DNA of 64,000 nt from Tubiluchus corallicola. Its lineage: Eukaryota; Animalia; Priapulida. The translations under genes and the position numbers were made by a program. The notes beneath the pieces are model-generated. The model did not search any database, was not told where the DNA came from, and was given only the letters and a program-made list of their open reading frames with translations. Of this stretch, positions 24,122-37,581 are shown in pieces (position 1 is the first letter of the stretch; each line of letters opens with the position of its first letter). The stretch lies in contig JAQGDQ010000587.1 of the NCBI GenBank assembly GCA_030141605.1, positions 1 through 64,000 on the forward strand, written 5' to 3'.

Positions 24122-25879
24122 GATCTTGGTTTGAGATAGGTGAAGGGAAACTAATTGTGTGCTTTCAAATCAAAACTGTCCATAAGTCGGCATAGTTAAA
24201 ACTACGTTGTGATGCTTCGAAGTAGAATGTATTAAAATGTTTTTGATCAAATGTCAATTTTTTGTTTTTTATAAAAACAAATGCTATATATATTGGACTT
24301 TTATATTCTAGCATTAAGTCATGTAGAAAATGTTCAGAAAATACAAAAATTTAATTTTACAACCCTGTACCCACATTTTCTGCCTAAAAACTAGTACTAC
24401 AATTGAAAATTTTGTATTTTCAAACTACGATAGTTGAAGCAGTCATTTTGCTTCAGGGTTTTTCTGTTGCCAAACCCATATCTTCATCAGGAAAAGCCAT
24501 CTACTGGATTTAAATATAACTTTAATGTGCTCTTGCAAAGTCTGTAGCAACCAAAATTTGTGCGGTTGCTAGGCGTTTATAGAAACACGAAAAAAACAAC
24601 GGTAAAGTTTAATAGCAATTTTCTCAAGGCTATGTTTGTCACTGCATAGAGTGCACCTCAACTTCAACGTGGATTATCTCAGTTTAGTAATATAGAACAA
24701 TGAACCTGTATCAAAATGTTCTCCTTGAAATGGAGATTCAGAACGTGTGAATAATTAGGGAAGCTTAATTGCCGACTTATGGATGATTTTGCTATGTAAG
24801 AACACAAATTGTGGTCGTGTGTGAAATGGGTTTAATTTATTAATATACATATACGATATACATACACACACACACACACACACATATATATATCCATGAG
24901 GAGAATATTTTAAACAACCTATTTTCTTGTACAAGTGAAAAATTTAATAAAATTGATTTTAAATTTGGTATGAACAGCCAACAAGCATTTTGTTTCATAG
25001 TCAAGTTTTTATGCATTCCATGAATGAGTATAAGCTTACCACATTACAAGATTGTTAGTTCTCTTTGTGTTAGGTACCAGTCCTGTGACACCTAGTTGTA
25101 TGATCCCTGATTAATCGAGAATTCATTGGCATTTGTCGTCAACATGACCAAAAAATGTGAAATGCTTCTCAGGCCCAGTAAAAATATGATGTAAGCTTAC
25201 GAGTTGTGTTATTCTTGGATTTGTATGTTCAACTTTTGCAAGATTTTGAGCCTCTTAATGGTAGTAGTAGTAGCTACAATTAATATTTACAATCTTTCAC
25301 AGGAATAGCACAATTGAAACATTTCATAGTCCAAAATCTTCTACTTTTCAGAAAACAGCAACATTACACAAAGGTTCGCAATAAGAAAATTTTGCTCAGT
25401 GTCAGTAGAATAAAGATATGATATTGAATGAGTGATGCTTACAGAATTTCTCAGAATTTTAACACTTCATTATGGTTGCAAAAATTAGTGTTTTCTTATT
25501 CATAAGCTTTTAAAGTATTAGCAGATCACAAATACCAAATTGCAATTCATAGTTGGCATTAAGGATGTAAAGTCTACATTGTTGAATCATCTTGTAGTTT
25601 CAGTTGTTAAATGACAGTCCATCAAAACGTGCTTTTCAGTTTGGGTTTCTCCACAATTACAGAATCTGTGTCTTCTATCTACGTTACACCATCTATCAGG
25701 TTCAACTTTCAAATAGTGCCTCGGAGTGTCTCAATCGCGTATAGGCAATGCCGTATATCTCAGGTGTTGAATCTGGAACAACGGGTGTTATTAAGCACGA
25801 GTTGAACTCTTTATATGTCTCTCGTTTAGTTGAGCTGCTGTTTCTTGAACATGTGGAGTAGAAGCAAGTTAATTTATCC

Positions 25880-26400
25880 ACTAGGTGGTGTGGTGCCACG
25901 AGTGCAACAAGAAGCGTAATGATCTCCTCTATCTTTCCCTCCTGCGTACCTGGAGGTTCGGGAGCTCGTCTAACAGGGCGAGGTCTGGCTGGTTGTGGAC
26001 GTACGTCCTCGGGGAACCATGCTTCACTCATCCCCTGAAAGGCCCCATCCAAATCGCCACTTCCCAATGCAGCTCTAGCGAATGCCAGAGCCACGGCTAC
26101 GTCTGTGCGATTAAGCACATTCCCATTACGTATATCTGTTTCAGTACTTTCTTTAAGTGCGTCCTGGCTTGCTCTCACACCGGGTTGTGGTTCATCAACT
26201 ACCAGTCCGATCCCAGCAGGGTGAGCAGCGGGGTCCCTCTCTACTTCATGATCGTTCACACCTGAGCGGGCAGCAAGGTCCCTCTCCGCTTCTACTGCCA
26301 TTTTAGCGGCGGTGTAGCGGACGGATTTCCGAATTTTATATATAGCCTCAACCGAGCGATGAGGCAGGCTCTGATGGAGGAATTTGGCGAGCCCTCTCTA
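25880..26400 (-). mobile_element. Decayed R2-like (site-specific non-LTR) retrotransposon N-terminal fragment
   Basis: GC-rich island. Frameshifted minus-strand translation LHQSLPHRSVEAI(x)KIRKSVRY resembles the R2 Myb motif (P.RT.EAIK..R....Y). A Pro/Arg-rich segment follows (RPQPARPRP...RRRER..R..Y), like the pre-RT region. Confidence 0.5.
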
Positions 26401-26679
26401 TCGCAGTATTGCTACACTTTTACTGTTCCACAAGTTAAGAACAAAGTAGCTGTCACTGTAGAATTATTTGATTTTACTAGGCATTAATCTCAAAATAGGT
26501 TAGATCATTAAAGCAGCACCATCTGGTGATTTACTTAGTGTTTATGTTATTTTAATGGTAGAACAGTTAGGCATTGTGAGACACTAACTAGCAGTGGCTG
26601 GTTCAGTTTTCTTTGTCCAGCATGAACTTGTGTACATTAGACAGATAGATAATATAGCAAAACTGGACGCAATGTTAAA

Positions 26680-27243
26680 CAGTAGGTCAAAACAATCTAC
26701 TCTTTAAAATATTGGAAGTAAACATGCTATTTTTTCAAAAATGGTGAAAGAATTATTACCACACAAACACAATTTCATGTTCACGCCACTAGTTCTTCCT
26801 AGTTAGACGGGCACTAGCACCTGCAGTTCGGAAACACATTGCACAAAAAACAGGTGCTGCACCTCTCAGTTCAGATGTGTCAGTTTGTAACGAGCTACGT
26901 ATGCTTGACAGTTCATGCACGAGCACAGCGGTAAATTTAAAATTTGAATTTTTATCTTAAAGCTTGCCTAGTTTTAGTACAACACACTGAATATCTTGCA
27001 ATAGTTCTGTACTTCAATTTTCGCTTTCACAAGCACGTGCAACATGCTAGTGGAATATTTTTGCCGTTCAAATTATGTTTATTTGTGATGTCATCAATAG
27101 TTTGGCTCGTCCACCATTAATTAAGGTTTTAATCTATTATTTAATCATCAGATACGCTTTTGCAGTATTGATTGTGTTAAAATGTTTTTTTACAATAATT
27201 GAAAATAGGGTAGTATATTAAAAATCATCCTGTTTTCGGCTAA
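26680..27243 (-). mobile_element. Family A Kolobok-like MITE, copy 5
   Basis: Reverse complement of family A, ending aaatcatcctgttttcggctaa. Confidence 0.7.
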
Positions 27244-28253
27244 GTGTAGTTCCAGTTCTTTCACTGCAGTATGCCAAGTTACGGCCTAGTTTGACGTTGC
27301 CTAAATAGGTTGACAAATTGCATCATTACCTTAAAGGTAAGCAAATGTTACTTATTTTCACATTTTAGTAATTAAGTATTCAGTAATCACCTTAACTTCT
27401 AGCTGTTTTGCTTTAGCGTTATGTCTCTCTTTCCCTCTCCCGCCTCTCTATTTGTTGGTATAATTAGATTTTTAGTAAGTGGCAATTCTGGTCTGGTAAG
27501 CGACATTGGTATTGTAGACTGGTTAAGAGGTCTCTCTTCCCCTCTCCATCTCTCCCTCCTTCCTTCTCTCTATCTGTTGGTATAATTATAATTTTAGTAG
27601 GTGGCAATTCCGGTCCAACAAACAAAATTGGTATTGTAGCGTGCAAACGTGGGGCACCATCTATTGACCAAAATGAAAGTATTGTGGACTGGTACCTCTC
27701 TAAGTTTGCCTCCCATGCATTTTACTTGTACATGAGGGGAGTGCGTGTCTCGAATTTGTGAGAAGAGACTGTATAATTAAGTTTTGCGAGACTTGTTCTA
27801 CTGCTAATAAATTGTCTTTTTTGTTTCAGAGGAATTATAGCTTTAAAGTAAGATCAGTGAAGCATGTATACAAGATCAGATGACGATACAAACGAAACAA
27901 GTGCATTTATAAAACGGTAAAATCTTTTTATTATATAATTAGATATGATAAATGTCTAAAATAAGTAACGACTCTCATTTATTGCACATACAACTAAAAT
28001 AACCGTAAAATAAAAAATTTATGTAAAAATACTTAGGTAAAATAAAGCATTTTAAATCTCACTCTCTAAGTTAGTACTGCGAAAACTACAAAACAGTTCA
28101 TCATGTCGTAATGTGCAGTAATTTTATAATTAGTTATATCTTAATTTATTATGTGTAATTTCATTGCGTGGGGGTAGTTTCAACTTGTACAAACTGTGTT
28201 CATGCGTGTTGTTTGTTTTTAATTTTGTGTAACTGATGTTAGAGTAGCGCAGT

Positions 28254-28367
28254 TCAACTGACCAGAGCCAGGAGAGCCTTTTTGTAGTCGCCGGATGTAT
28301 CACTCTGAAAATAGAAACAAATTATTGTAAGTGTTAGCTGCACTAATTGATAGCTCTGAAATCTCTG

Positions 28368-28424
<57 letters not shown>

Positions 28425-28564
28425 TACACCCCCTCTCTCTTCTCTCTCTCTTTCCCTTACCTTTTCTCTTTTTCTCTCACTCTTTCTCTCTCTCCCTCTC
28501 TCCCCATTCCTCCTCTCCTCTTTCTTTCTCTCTCTCTCTCTCGCTCTCTCTCTTTCCCCTTCCT

Positions 28565-28627
<63 letters not shown>

Positions 28628-31600
28628 GTCTCCCTCTCCCTCCTTCCCTCTCCACCCCTAAAGAAATGGTTCCGTAACAACAATGAACAATAAACGAATG
28701 CTAAATGACACATCCAGGCAGTTAGGCAGAACAAAGTCAATAAGCAAGTCACCCAATGTTTCGCATTCTCGATTTATTCTTGAAAAAGTGGCACAAAAAA
28801 GCCACACTCTCTCTCCCTCTTTCCCCTCCTCTCCCTCTCTCCCTCCCTACCTCCATTCTCTATCTTCATCTCTCCTTCACTCCTCTCCCTTTTTCTTTAT
28901 CTGTCCTCTTTCTCCCTCTCTCCACCCATCCCTCTCTTGCCCTCTTTTTCTGTTTCTCTCTCTCCATCTCTCCTTTTCCCTGCCTTTCTCTCGAGATCTG
29001 CCCAGAGTGAGTGTTCAGCCTCAGTCGCCCGGCATTGACAGACTGTTGTCGGCACTGCTTAACTTGGTGCACCACCACACGCTGTGACCATATGACTGTT
29101 AACTTCACTTTACTTTAATAATGCATACCTCGATAGCCGACTGCAGAGTTTTGTCGAAATGTTTCCTGTATGCTTCCTTGATCTGCACCATGTCTTTTTC
29201 ACAACGAGTCACCAAGATGCGGATCAGCTGGTGGTCTTTCGTGCCCATACCTTTCACGGCGCCGTCAATTCTCTTGGCAAAATACAAACCTACGTCTTTT
29301 ACCATTGTAACTGCAAAATTGAACTTGTGAGAAAAAGCTGGAGTAGTCTAATGGCATTATCAATGTAAAATAAGTTTAACAAGGCTCTTCACAATTCCAG
29401 CGATTGTTGATGATTGTGAAAAGGTCAGAGGTTAAGAGTAGTAGACAAAGTGTTCCCAAGCAAGATACTGCTAGTAAATCACTCTACACAATGCATAATT
29501 AAGTAAAGTCCACGTAAAGTTACTGAATTGATGTGGCAGACGGCTTTGCTTTACCCACATGTTACAAGATGGTTGTAGTTAAGACGCGTTGCTGTGGTAC
29601 ACTTAACCGTTGACCTACAGCAACTGTGTCTGTGCAAAACCAAACTGTGAAAATGCTAAATCTAAATTGCATGTTAGAAGTGAAAAGAAGGTTACAAAAC
29701 TCTGTAACTTTATTTCTGGGCACTTACTGAGATCCAGAAATGCTCTCTCATAATCGCCAGACATCTCCTTCTTCACGGCCTCCTCCATCGAGTGTTTTGA
29801 GAGCTTCTGGTATTCCTGGAAAACCTGGCGCAAGTGCGGAAAGCTACGGGTTGCGAATATCGTGTTGAATGTTGCCTTGTCCGTGCCAAACTTCTTCACC
29901 CCGGCCTCGTACAGACTTTTAGCATCTTCCTTTGCTGTTTCTGCATTCAACTTTTTTGCTGGGTCTCTTGTGGTCTGTAAAGTAAGTTTTTTTAAACTAA
30001 ATTTGAACTTAGGTTAAGGGCAAGAAAACACTCTTTATAAATAAAACTTAAAAAATCTGTCTTTGTGTCACTTATACGCTGTTTTGTTCTATACAGAGTT
30101 GCGTTAGCAGTAACTCATTAGAGCATTCGCAGTACAGTGTTTGCTAACTAAGCTAAAGTTTAAATTATTTTATGTTCTTTCAAACAGCTAAATGTAATGC
30201 TAAGTAATATAATTTTAGAAGGCGTTTACAACTTCCTACACAACTTAAATAGCCTAATCTAATCCTAACCCTAATCCAACCCTAATTCTAATCCTAACCC
30301 TAATCCAACCCTAATTCTAACCCTAACCCGAATCCAACCCTAATTCTAACACTAATTCTAACCCTAACCCTAATCCAACTCTAATTCTAACCCTAACCCT
30401 AATTCTAACCTTAACCCTAATTCTAACCTTTACCCTAATCCAACTCTAATTCTAACCCTAACCCTAATCCAACCCTAATTCTAACCCTAACCCTAATCCA
30501 ACCCTAATTCTAACCCTAAGCTTAATCAAACCTTAATCTAACCCTAATTCTAATCCTAACCCTAATTCTAACCCTAATTCTAATCCTAACCCTAATTCTA
30601 ACCCTAACCCTAATTCTAATCCTAACCCTAATCTGATTCACAAACTAATTTCTTGTGCATGAGAATTGTAAAACTTCAGCCACAACATTGTGTCTAAAGT
30701 TTTTGGACTGTACTTTAAAATAAGAGAAAGTCTGAGAAACAGGGAAGACTGTAGTGGTAATTATAAGATTTTTTTTGTTATACATTAATTAAATGACCCC
30801 AAGTGTGACAGAAATTCATTAAACTGGCGACACAGGTTGCTGCATGGGAGTCTGTAACAGAGCCACAGAAGCACAATGTATTTCCCACATTTTAAGGGTT
30901 TTTGAAAATTGAATTTTTGGATTTGAAGACATGCTAGATGTCGTGACGGTATTGAGATGGCAGACATGCCAGCTGGAGACATGACAAAGATCCAAGTCTA
31001 GCAAACACATCACTTACCTATACAAGTTTAAAACAACTTCTACTGTGCCGTGCTGTGAATTATAGTTGCTTTCCAATAGTAACAAAAAACCTATTGTACA
31101 CTCATGTCTCACTTTGCCGGACCTCGCCTTTATGGATGTCGGAAAAATCAGACAAAATCTGGATAGTTACAAAGTCCCGTAGGTTATGGACAGAGTCCGT
31201 TGTTTCGCAAGCTGACCGCTAGTTGGCCGGCCGTCACTTTGTTTACATCATTACATCAGTGTAACCACGTATATATATATATATATATAAAAATATAGAT
31301 TCAGTTATGCGGAATTATTTCAGTCAATTGTCGACAGTTTTTATATACAGTTTGAAAGGGCAGGAGACTAGATGACCCTATGGTCCTTCCCTGCCCTGCT
31401 CCATGATTATAATTACGCAATATTTAAAAAACTTTTGATGTTGAACTAACTGGAGAAAATAAATGTTCTATGTTCTATGTCTATGTATATACCTTTGCCT
31501 AGGAGCAGCCCGTACAACACATTTTCGAGACAATTACATAATTGATTCTGCATTAGCAAGAATCTAATACACGTTGCCTACTGTATTAGCTTAGTATTGG

Positions 31601-33794
31601 TAAAAATGGGCAAACGGCAAATTCGGACCAACGTCTCCCCGATTTTGTCCGGCAAACCGAGGTGAGTGCACAGCCAGTTGGCCATCAAAGTAGTTGCCTA
31701 AACTAGTACCTTGTTAATTTTACAATACATTCAATCATGTATGCATAGTGCACACATATGCAAAGATCTAAATGCAAACATACCTCATTCATTTACAAGT
31801 ATGCAAAAAAACTAAGTAATTTTATACTTACAGTCATGAGAGTACATAATAATTTCTCAAAAGCGCCCGACGTGTCCCCTTTGATGTCATCTATTAGCTG
31901 TTTTTGATAAACTAAAAGAAAATATAAAACCACATAAAAGTCATTTTAAGGTTCTATAAAGGTCATTTAAAGGTCACCTGCAGTCATTTCAGCTGCACAA
32001 ATCTCTGAACTGTACAATACACGGTGATGAAAAGACGTGTTAATAGGTAGAAAAGTTAGAAAAATTTAAGCGAAACTTATTAACTCTACTCAGCTGCTGC
32101 GAACCAGTTGGGGCTACACTAAATCGACTGACAGAGCTGCCCTTTTTCCGTTCCTTTGTTCTTTTGAATCAAAGTATTTTTAAAGCAGAAGAACTTACTC
32201 TATTAGCTGTAGATAGGAGTGGATGGAAACAAACAGGCAGGATGAGAATTTGAAGAAGAAATATTGTTGTATTCAATATGCTAGAATTAGTCCAATCAAA
32301 CTCATAATTCTGGTCAATTGTCCACATACACACGTTAAATTCTAACATGTTTATTTTGTAGTTAAAACACCACAACTTCGTTAAAACTTTTAATTTACAT
32401 AGTCAAAAATCATATCAAACGTTTCTACAGAGCTACTGCTGTCATCATCAGTAGTAAATGTTTACAAACACAACCAGTTTATATAGGCAGAGCCTGCAGT
32501 ATAGAACATTATGTACTAATTAAGTATTTAACAGAAGCCAAATAGGTAATGAATAAGCAGATAAGTAGAAAAGAAATTGATACAGTAAATTAAGCACTAA
32601 TTATGTATTTACGAAAAGCAAAATAGGTAAGATTAAGCTGAACTGTAGAAAAAAATTAATACACTAAATGATGCACTAATTATGTATTTACAAAAAGCCA
32701 AATAGGTAATGAATAAGCAGACCAGTAGAAAAGAAATTGATACAGCAAGTTAAGCACTAATTATGTATTTACAAAAAGCTAAATAGGTAATGATTAAACA
32801 GACCTGTAGTGCATAATGTTCTGTACTGTAGGCTCTCCTATATGAACTGGTTGTATGTTTGTGAAAATTTACCACTGATGATGACAGCAGTAACACTGTC
32901 GAAGATTTGACAAGATTTTTTAACTATGAACATTAAAGGTTTTAGTAAAGTTGTGCGATTTTAACTGTAAATGTTTTTAAGTGCCTGTAATAAAAAAATT
33001 ATTATTTTGATACTGGAAAACTTGCCAATAGAATATTTGCTTACGTTTCTTATAATCCTCCGCAATGGCTTGTCGTTCTTCGTATGACCTTGTACCGAGA
33101 ATTTCAACTAGTGTATCCTCATCTGTGCCCGCACCCTGCACAGCACAAATAATGCTGCAGTTTCAAAGATAACTTGGAGTAAATTAGATATTGATACTTA
33201 TGGTGCATTGAGGCTGGCGAGATTTCTGTCACTAGGTTTCTGTCTGACAGCAAAGTTGCAAAAGCGTGAACCGCTTTGCGAGTTACTGTCATCAAGAAAT
33301 TGCAAACTCTCCAACAGTTACTACCAGTTGATTTACTGTCTAGTGTGAATGCCTCGGTGAGTTACTTTCTACATTTTTCGCAGTGAATAGAGAAGTGAGT
33401 GTTAACTGATCCTTACTGTTGGACAGTAACTCGCAGCAAGTTTTGCTCTCTAGTGTGAACACACGTGCAAGTTACTTGGAGAGTTACATGACGAGGTTAT
33501 ATGGTGAGAAAACTCGTTGTTAGAATCGTTTACACAACTTTGTGTATTTTTCATTTAATTTCTTATATAAATAACCCCAAACACGGGCCACTAATGAGTT
33601 TTTAAAATCGAAAGGCAAGAATTTGAACATGTCTGGGGAAATTGAATTCGAGTAACCATACTGTATTGACTGCAAGTGTCTGTTGATATTCTTGTCTGAT
33701 TCTTGAACCTTTCAGGGAAACAAATTTTCGATAGAGATTTCCACAGATAAGAAGCCCAAAGGAAAAAACAGGACTTATAAAGCGCTCACTGACA

Positions 33795-33835
<41 letters not shown>

Positions 33836-35002
33836 TAATATTATTATTATTACTATTATTATTATTATTATTACTATTATTATTATTAATATTATTATTA
33901 TTATTATTACTATTATTACTATTCCTATTATTATTACTATTATTATTATTACTATTATTATTATTATTATTAATATTATTATTATTTTATTATTATTATT
34001 ACTATTATTATTATTATTGTTGTTGTTGTTGTTATTATTATTATTATTATTATTGTTATTTAGGCAGTTATTGTGCCTAAAATCTTGAATTATGAGAGTG
34101 AACGTACGGCAATTGCTTTCTTGCAACATTGGGCATCGTATTCGGATGGCTTGCTCATCAGAGCAACGACGGTGCTTTTTACATTTCCACTAAGTTCGGA
34201 TTTTAGCTGCTCCACAAGGTCCTGAAATGTAAAGTGAAAAGGTCAAATGTAAGGCCAAAAGGTAAAATGTAAGGTCAAAGGTCAAGTGTAAAGTCAGAAG
34301 GTCAAATGTAAGGTTAGAATGTCAAATGTAAGGCCAAAAGGTAAAATTTAAAGTCAAAGGTCAAATTTAAAGTCAGAAGGTCAAATATAAGGTCAAAAGG
34401 TTAAATTTAAAGTCAAAAGGTCAAACGTAAAGCCAAAATGTCCAATGTAAAGTCAAAGGTCAAATATAAGGTCAAAAGATCAAATGTTTTTTAAATCAGT
34501 GCACATTTCAGTTTACATATTAATTGGATTTGCTTTACTGATAAGTTTCAAGTGAAATGTGCCTGCCCTTCCATGATTGCTACAAAGATGGTGGTGCCAC
34601 CTACCTTTTTGTTCTTGTTGAAGAAAGCTTCGGCAATCTTCTGCCTTTGTTGATTTGATCTGTTTGAAAGTATGTGAATGATTGCTGTTTCATCGGTTCC
34701 TATAAATTGATGAATTTTTATTATAATTTTTACCTGCTGTCATTTTAGTCTACCCTTTCCTCCGTGCTGGTAGTGAAAATTGATCTGAGTTTTTGTATGT
34801 CATTCTGTCCATCTACCTATCTGTCCTTCAGTCCATTTATCTAATTTGTCTATCTCTCTCGTCTTTATTGTCTGTTTGCTTCTTATCTATCTGTCCGGTG
34901 TGTTTTTCAGTTTGTTTATCCGTGGTCTGCGTGTCTAACTGTTTTAGTCTCTCTTTTCTTACTTCTTCATTTGCCAGTGATTTATTATATTACAGATATA
35001 GC

Positions 35003-35062
<60 letters not shown>

Positions 35063-35306
35063 TCCCTCTCTCTCCCTGTCCCGCTCTCTCTCTATCTTTC
35101 CCTATCTCTGCCTGTCTCTCTTCCCACTAATAATAGTTAGAGACTCAAACTGACTGACTAGTTAGTATGTCTTATTAGATGATCTACTGATCTAATTACT
35201 TACCAGCGCCCTTCATGGCCTTTCTCAGAATCTCTGCATCTTTGTCAGGATCAAAACTAGCGATCGCTGTAACCGTTCCTTTATCTTCAGGATTTAGAGC
35301 AGCCAT
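28254..35306 (-). CDS. Annexin (four-repeat core, short N-terminus), 8 exons, 320 aa
   Basis: Exons 35306-35204, 34699-34605, 34221-34108, 33135-33045, 31911-31832, 29974-29728, 29310-29129, 28304-28254. All GT-AG and phase-compatible, 963 nt in total. Repeats MKGAGTDE..SELSGN, IAGAGTDE..GDTSGAF, GVKKFGTDK..KEMSGDY, VKGMGTKD..SDTSGDYKKALLAL; all four type II Ca2+ cap residues are present. Confidence 0.95.
28360..28995. repeat. (CT)n/(GA)n microsatellite and pyrimidine-rich tracts in annexin intron 7
   Basis: Directly visible. Source of the spurious RE/SL ORFs. Confidence 0.95.
30253..30632. repeat. Interstitial telomere-like array (CCCTAA with TTCTAA/TCCAA variants)
   Basis: ctaaccctaatccaaccctaattctaa higher-order units in annexin intron 5. 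Confidence 0.9.
31099..31668. mobile_element. MITE family C, copy 2, with an internal LINE-tail-like insert
   Basis: TA|cactcatgtctcactttgccggac...ccggcaaaccgaggtgagtg. About 150 bp of extra sequence at ~31330-31490. Confidence 0.7.
32361..32968. repeat. Foldback structure: ~160-bp inverted arms around ~60-bp tandem repeats
   Basis: 32361-32520 is the approximate reverse complement of 32808-32968. The spacer has 4-5 units of gcactaattatgtatttacaaaaagccaaataggtaatgaataagcag. A solo arm is at ~36980-37105. Confidence 0.75.
33794..34060. repeat. (ATT)n/(GTT)n microsatellite
   Basis: Directly visible. Source of the poly-N/poly-I ORF 33602-34129. Confidence 0.95.
34225..34490. repeat. ~19-20 bp tandem repeat rich in AGGTCA (aaggtcaaatgtaaagtca) filling annexin intron 2
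   Basis: Directly visible. Starts at the exon 3 acceptor. Confidence 0.85.
35006..35125. repeat. (CT)n microsatellite
   Basis: Directly visible, in annexin intron 1. Confidence 0.95.
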
Positions 35307-35904
35307 ATTTTCATCACTTTCGAGACCCGATTATAAAAAATTATGTTATAAACATCAAAACGTGTCGAAGAACGTGTTGAGGATTAGTGGAAACGATATA
35401 AATTTTGTAAATTCTAATCTTCACACTCGTCCAAATCTTTTGCAGTTACGTTTGGATGTGAGTTTTAGGGGGTTTTTGAGCCAAAAAAGTTGTAATCACG
35501 CGTTGTAGAGTACGCGTTTGCAGAGGCGTAACTATGGCAAGTTTACTCAGCCAAAACCTGAATATTTCAAGAGGTTCTAGAATTCAACGTAGAACAATCG
35601 GTGAGTCACAGGCGACGTCAGCGATTTAAAGATCTAAACAGCGGAGCGAGCTATGTCTAGTTTACCAATTGGTAATTTTAGTAGTTTACTATTCGTGGTT
35701 TACTAATCTATTTTATAATAATTTGTTAGTAGTTTATTATTATAGTTTACTAATAAAAGTTTGTTTCAAAAGCGAAAGACGACAAAATTCTATTATTAAT
35801 CTCAGATGTAGTAGAAATGGACCATGTCTTTCAGGAAATTTATAATGTCTAATGTGATCTTCGACGTATGATCACTTTATAGATTTTATAAAAGAAATTT
35901 TCAT

Positions 35905-36190
35905 AGTACCAAGCTTCCTTGTACCATATTTTCTCTGTACCAAATTTTCCTAACACAAATTAAACTTTCCACTATTAAACTTTCCTAGCAGCAAACCTGT
36001 TGCGTTCCATTTTTACCTTGTACCAGATTTACTTGTCAAAAATACTTGACACAACTTCGCTAGTACTGTATTAAACTTTGCCTGCTCCACATTTTCTCTG
36101 TACGCAATTTTCCTAGTGCTAAAATTTCGTTGTACTAAAACTACTAGGACCAAATTTACCTGTACCAAACATACTATAGTACCAAATGTT
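35905..36190. repeat. Degenerate ~15-16 bp tandem repeat (gtaccaaattttcct)
   Basis: Recurrent gtacca(a)att units upstream of the annexin. Possibly a transposon subterminal array. Confidence 0.6.
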
Positions 36191-36408
36191 TTCAGTTTAT
36201 TTACATGCAGCGGGGAAGTTTGTGGGAATGTGTGTTACGTCATCAAGTTGGGCGGGGCTAAACTCGGCTTGAGATCTGTGCATTGAACGGTTGTTGAAAA
36301 GCATTCGTTCAGTTCCAGATTCACATACTGTGGCGTCCCGACTTGATGGAAGACTTAGGGGGATGGTGGGGCCTCGAATGCTGGTAACATTTACCGGTAG
36401 TTACGAAG

Positions 36409-36727
36409 CAGTGGCGTAGCTAATGGGGGGGGGGGGACAAAGAAGCAACCGCTCCCCAGAGCGCATTTTTTCACAACTGACGCCTTGTCAACAATGAAGT
36501 CATTACTTTTTTTGACCTGCCTGTGTCCCTGCGTGTGTTTGCCCAACTTGTTAAGACTGACTGATTGAACCAAGGATCAAATTGTCCAAAATCTAAGTAG
36601 GCCTATTATAATTTGATCTTGTCACACACTGATGATGTGGCATAGACAAACATATAATTGCTTCATCTGTCACGTCGCCTTTTTATGTGCTCACTCCCCC
36701 TAACTTTAGATCCTGGCTACGCCCCTA
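36409..36727. mobile_element. hAT MITE with 8-bp TSD
   Basis: TSD TTACGAAG at 36401-36408 and 36728-36735. TIRs cagtggcgtagc...gctacgccccta. Confidence 0.85.
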
Positions 36728-37581
36728 TTACGAAGTACTTGTTTTAAAATTTCCGCAATGACGTCTACAAATAGTTCCCCTTGGGGCAAATAATGTAGAA
36801 AAATGTTGCTGCAGACCTCACTGACGTTCAGAGATTTGCTAGCAAGTATCACAAGACTCTATCTTTTGTTTCTTTATTGTCCCATTTATAATTTTGTAAA
36901 CTGGGATTTAACACCTAGAATGAAGAGGCCTGCTCAATACCAATTAACTAAGTAATTAGAGGAAAATAAGCTCTTGGCTGTATAAACTGGTTGTATGTTT
37001 ATAAATCTACCATTGATAATGACAGCAGTTGTCTGTTGTAAAAACGGTTGATGTGACTTTAACTTTTTAATTTTGTAAAGATGTTTTTAAGTGCTTGTAA
37101 TAAAGAATGAACTGAAAGCAGTTTTGACAAAAGACTAATCAGATGCGTACGTAATAAATAAGTAAGAATCTTCAATATTTTTATTAATCATATAGTTATA
37201 ATCTGTATATAGCACAGTAATAATAATAATTATAATGATTTTATAAGAATTCACAAATCAACGAAAAATTAATAATCATTTTTCCTACACGTCTGTATAA
37301 TAGTAACTATAACATTGCATATCACCTTTTTTTTCCCACCTTATTTTTTCTTTCTCAATCATTCATTCATTCAGTCACTCACACTCTCACTTATGCACTC
37401 TCTCATGCACACACTGCAAAACTTACTCACTCAATGACGCACTCACAAACTATAAATTAAGAATTTTTCATTAGTAACATTATTACTATATATATATAAT
37501 ATATACATACATATAATTTATAAATAAGATAAAAAGACTGGGTATTTAAAACAAAAATGCTGACTAGGGTAGAGACAACTA

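Noticed and set aside
28254-29108. Several RE- and SL-repeat ORFs
   Set aside because: (CT)n microsatellite in an annexin intron; only 28304-28254 is coding.
33602-34129. 175-aa poly-Asn/poly-Ile ORF
   Set aside because: (ATT)n microsatellite read-through from annexin exon 3.
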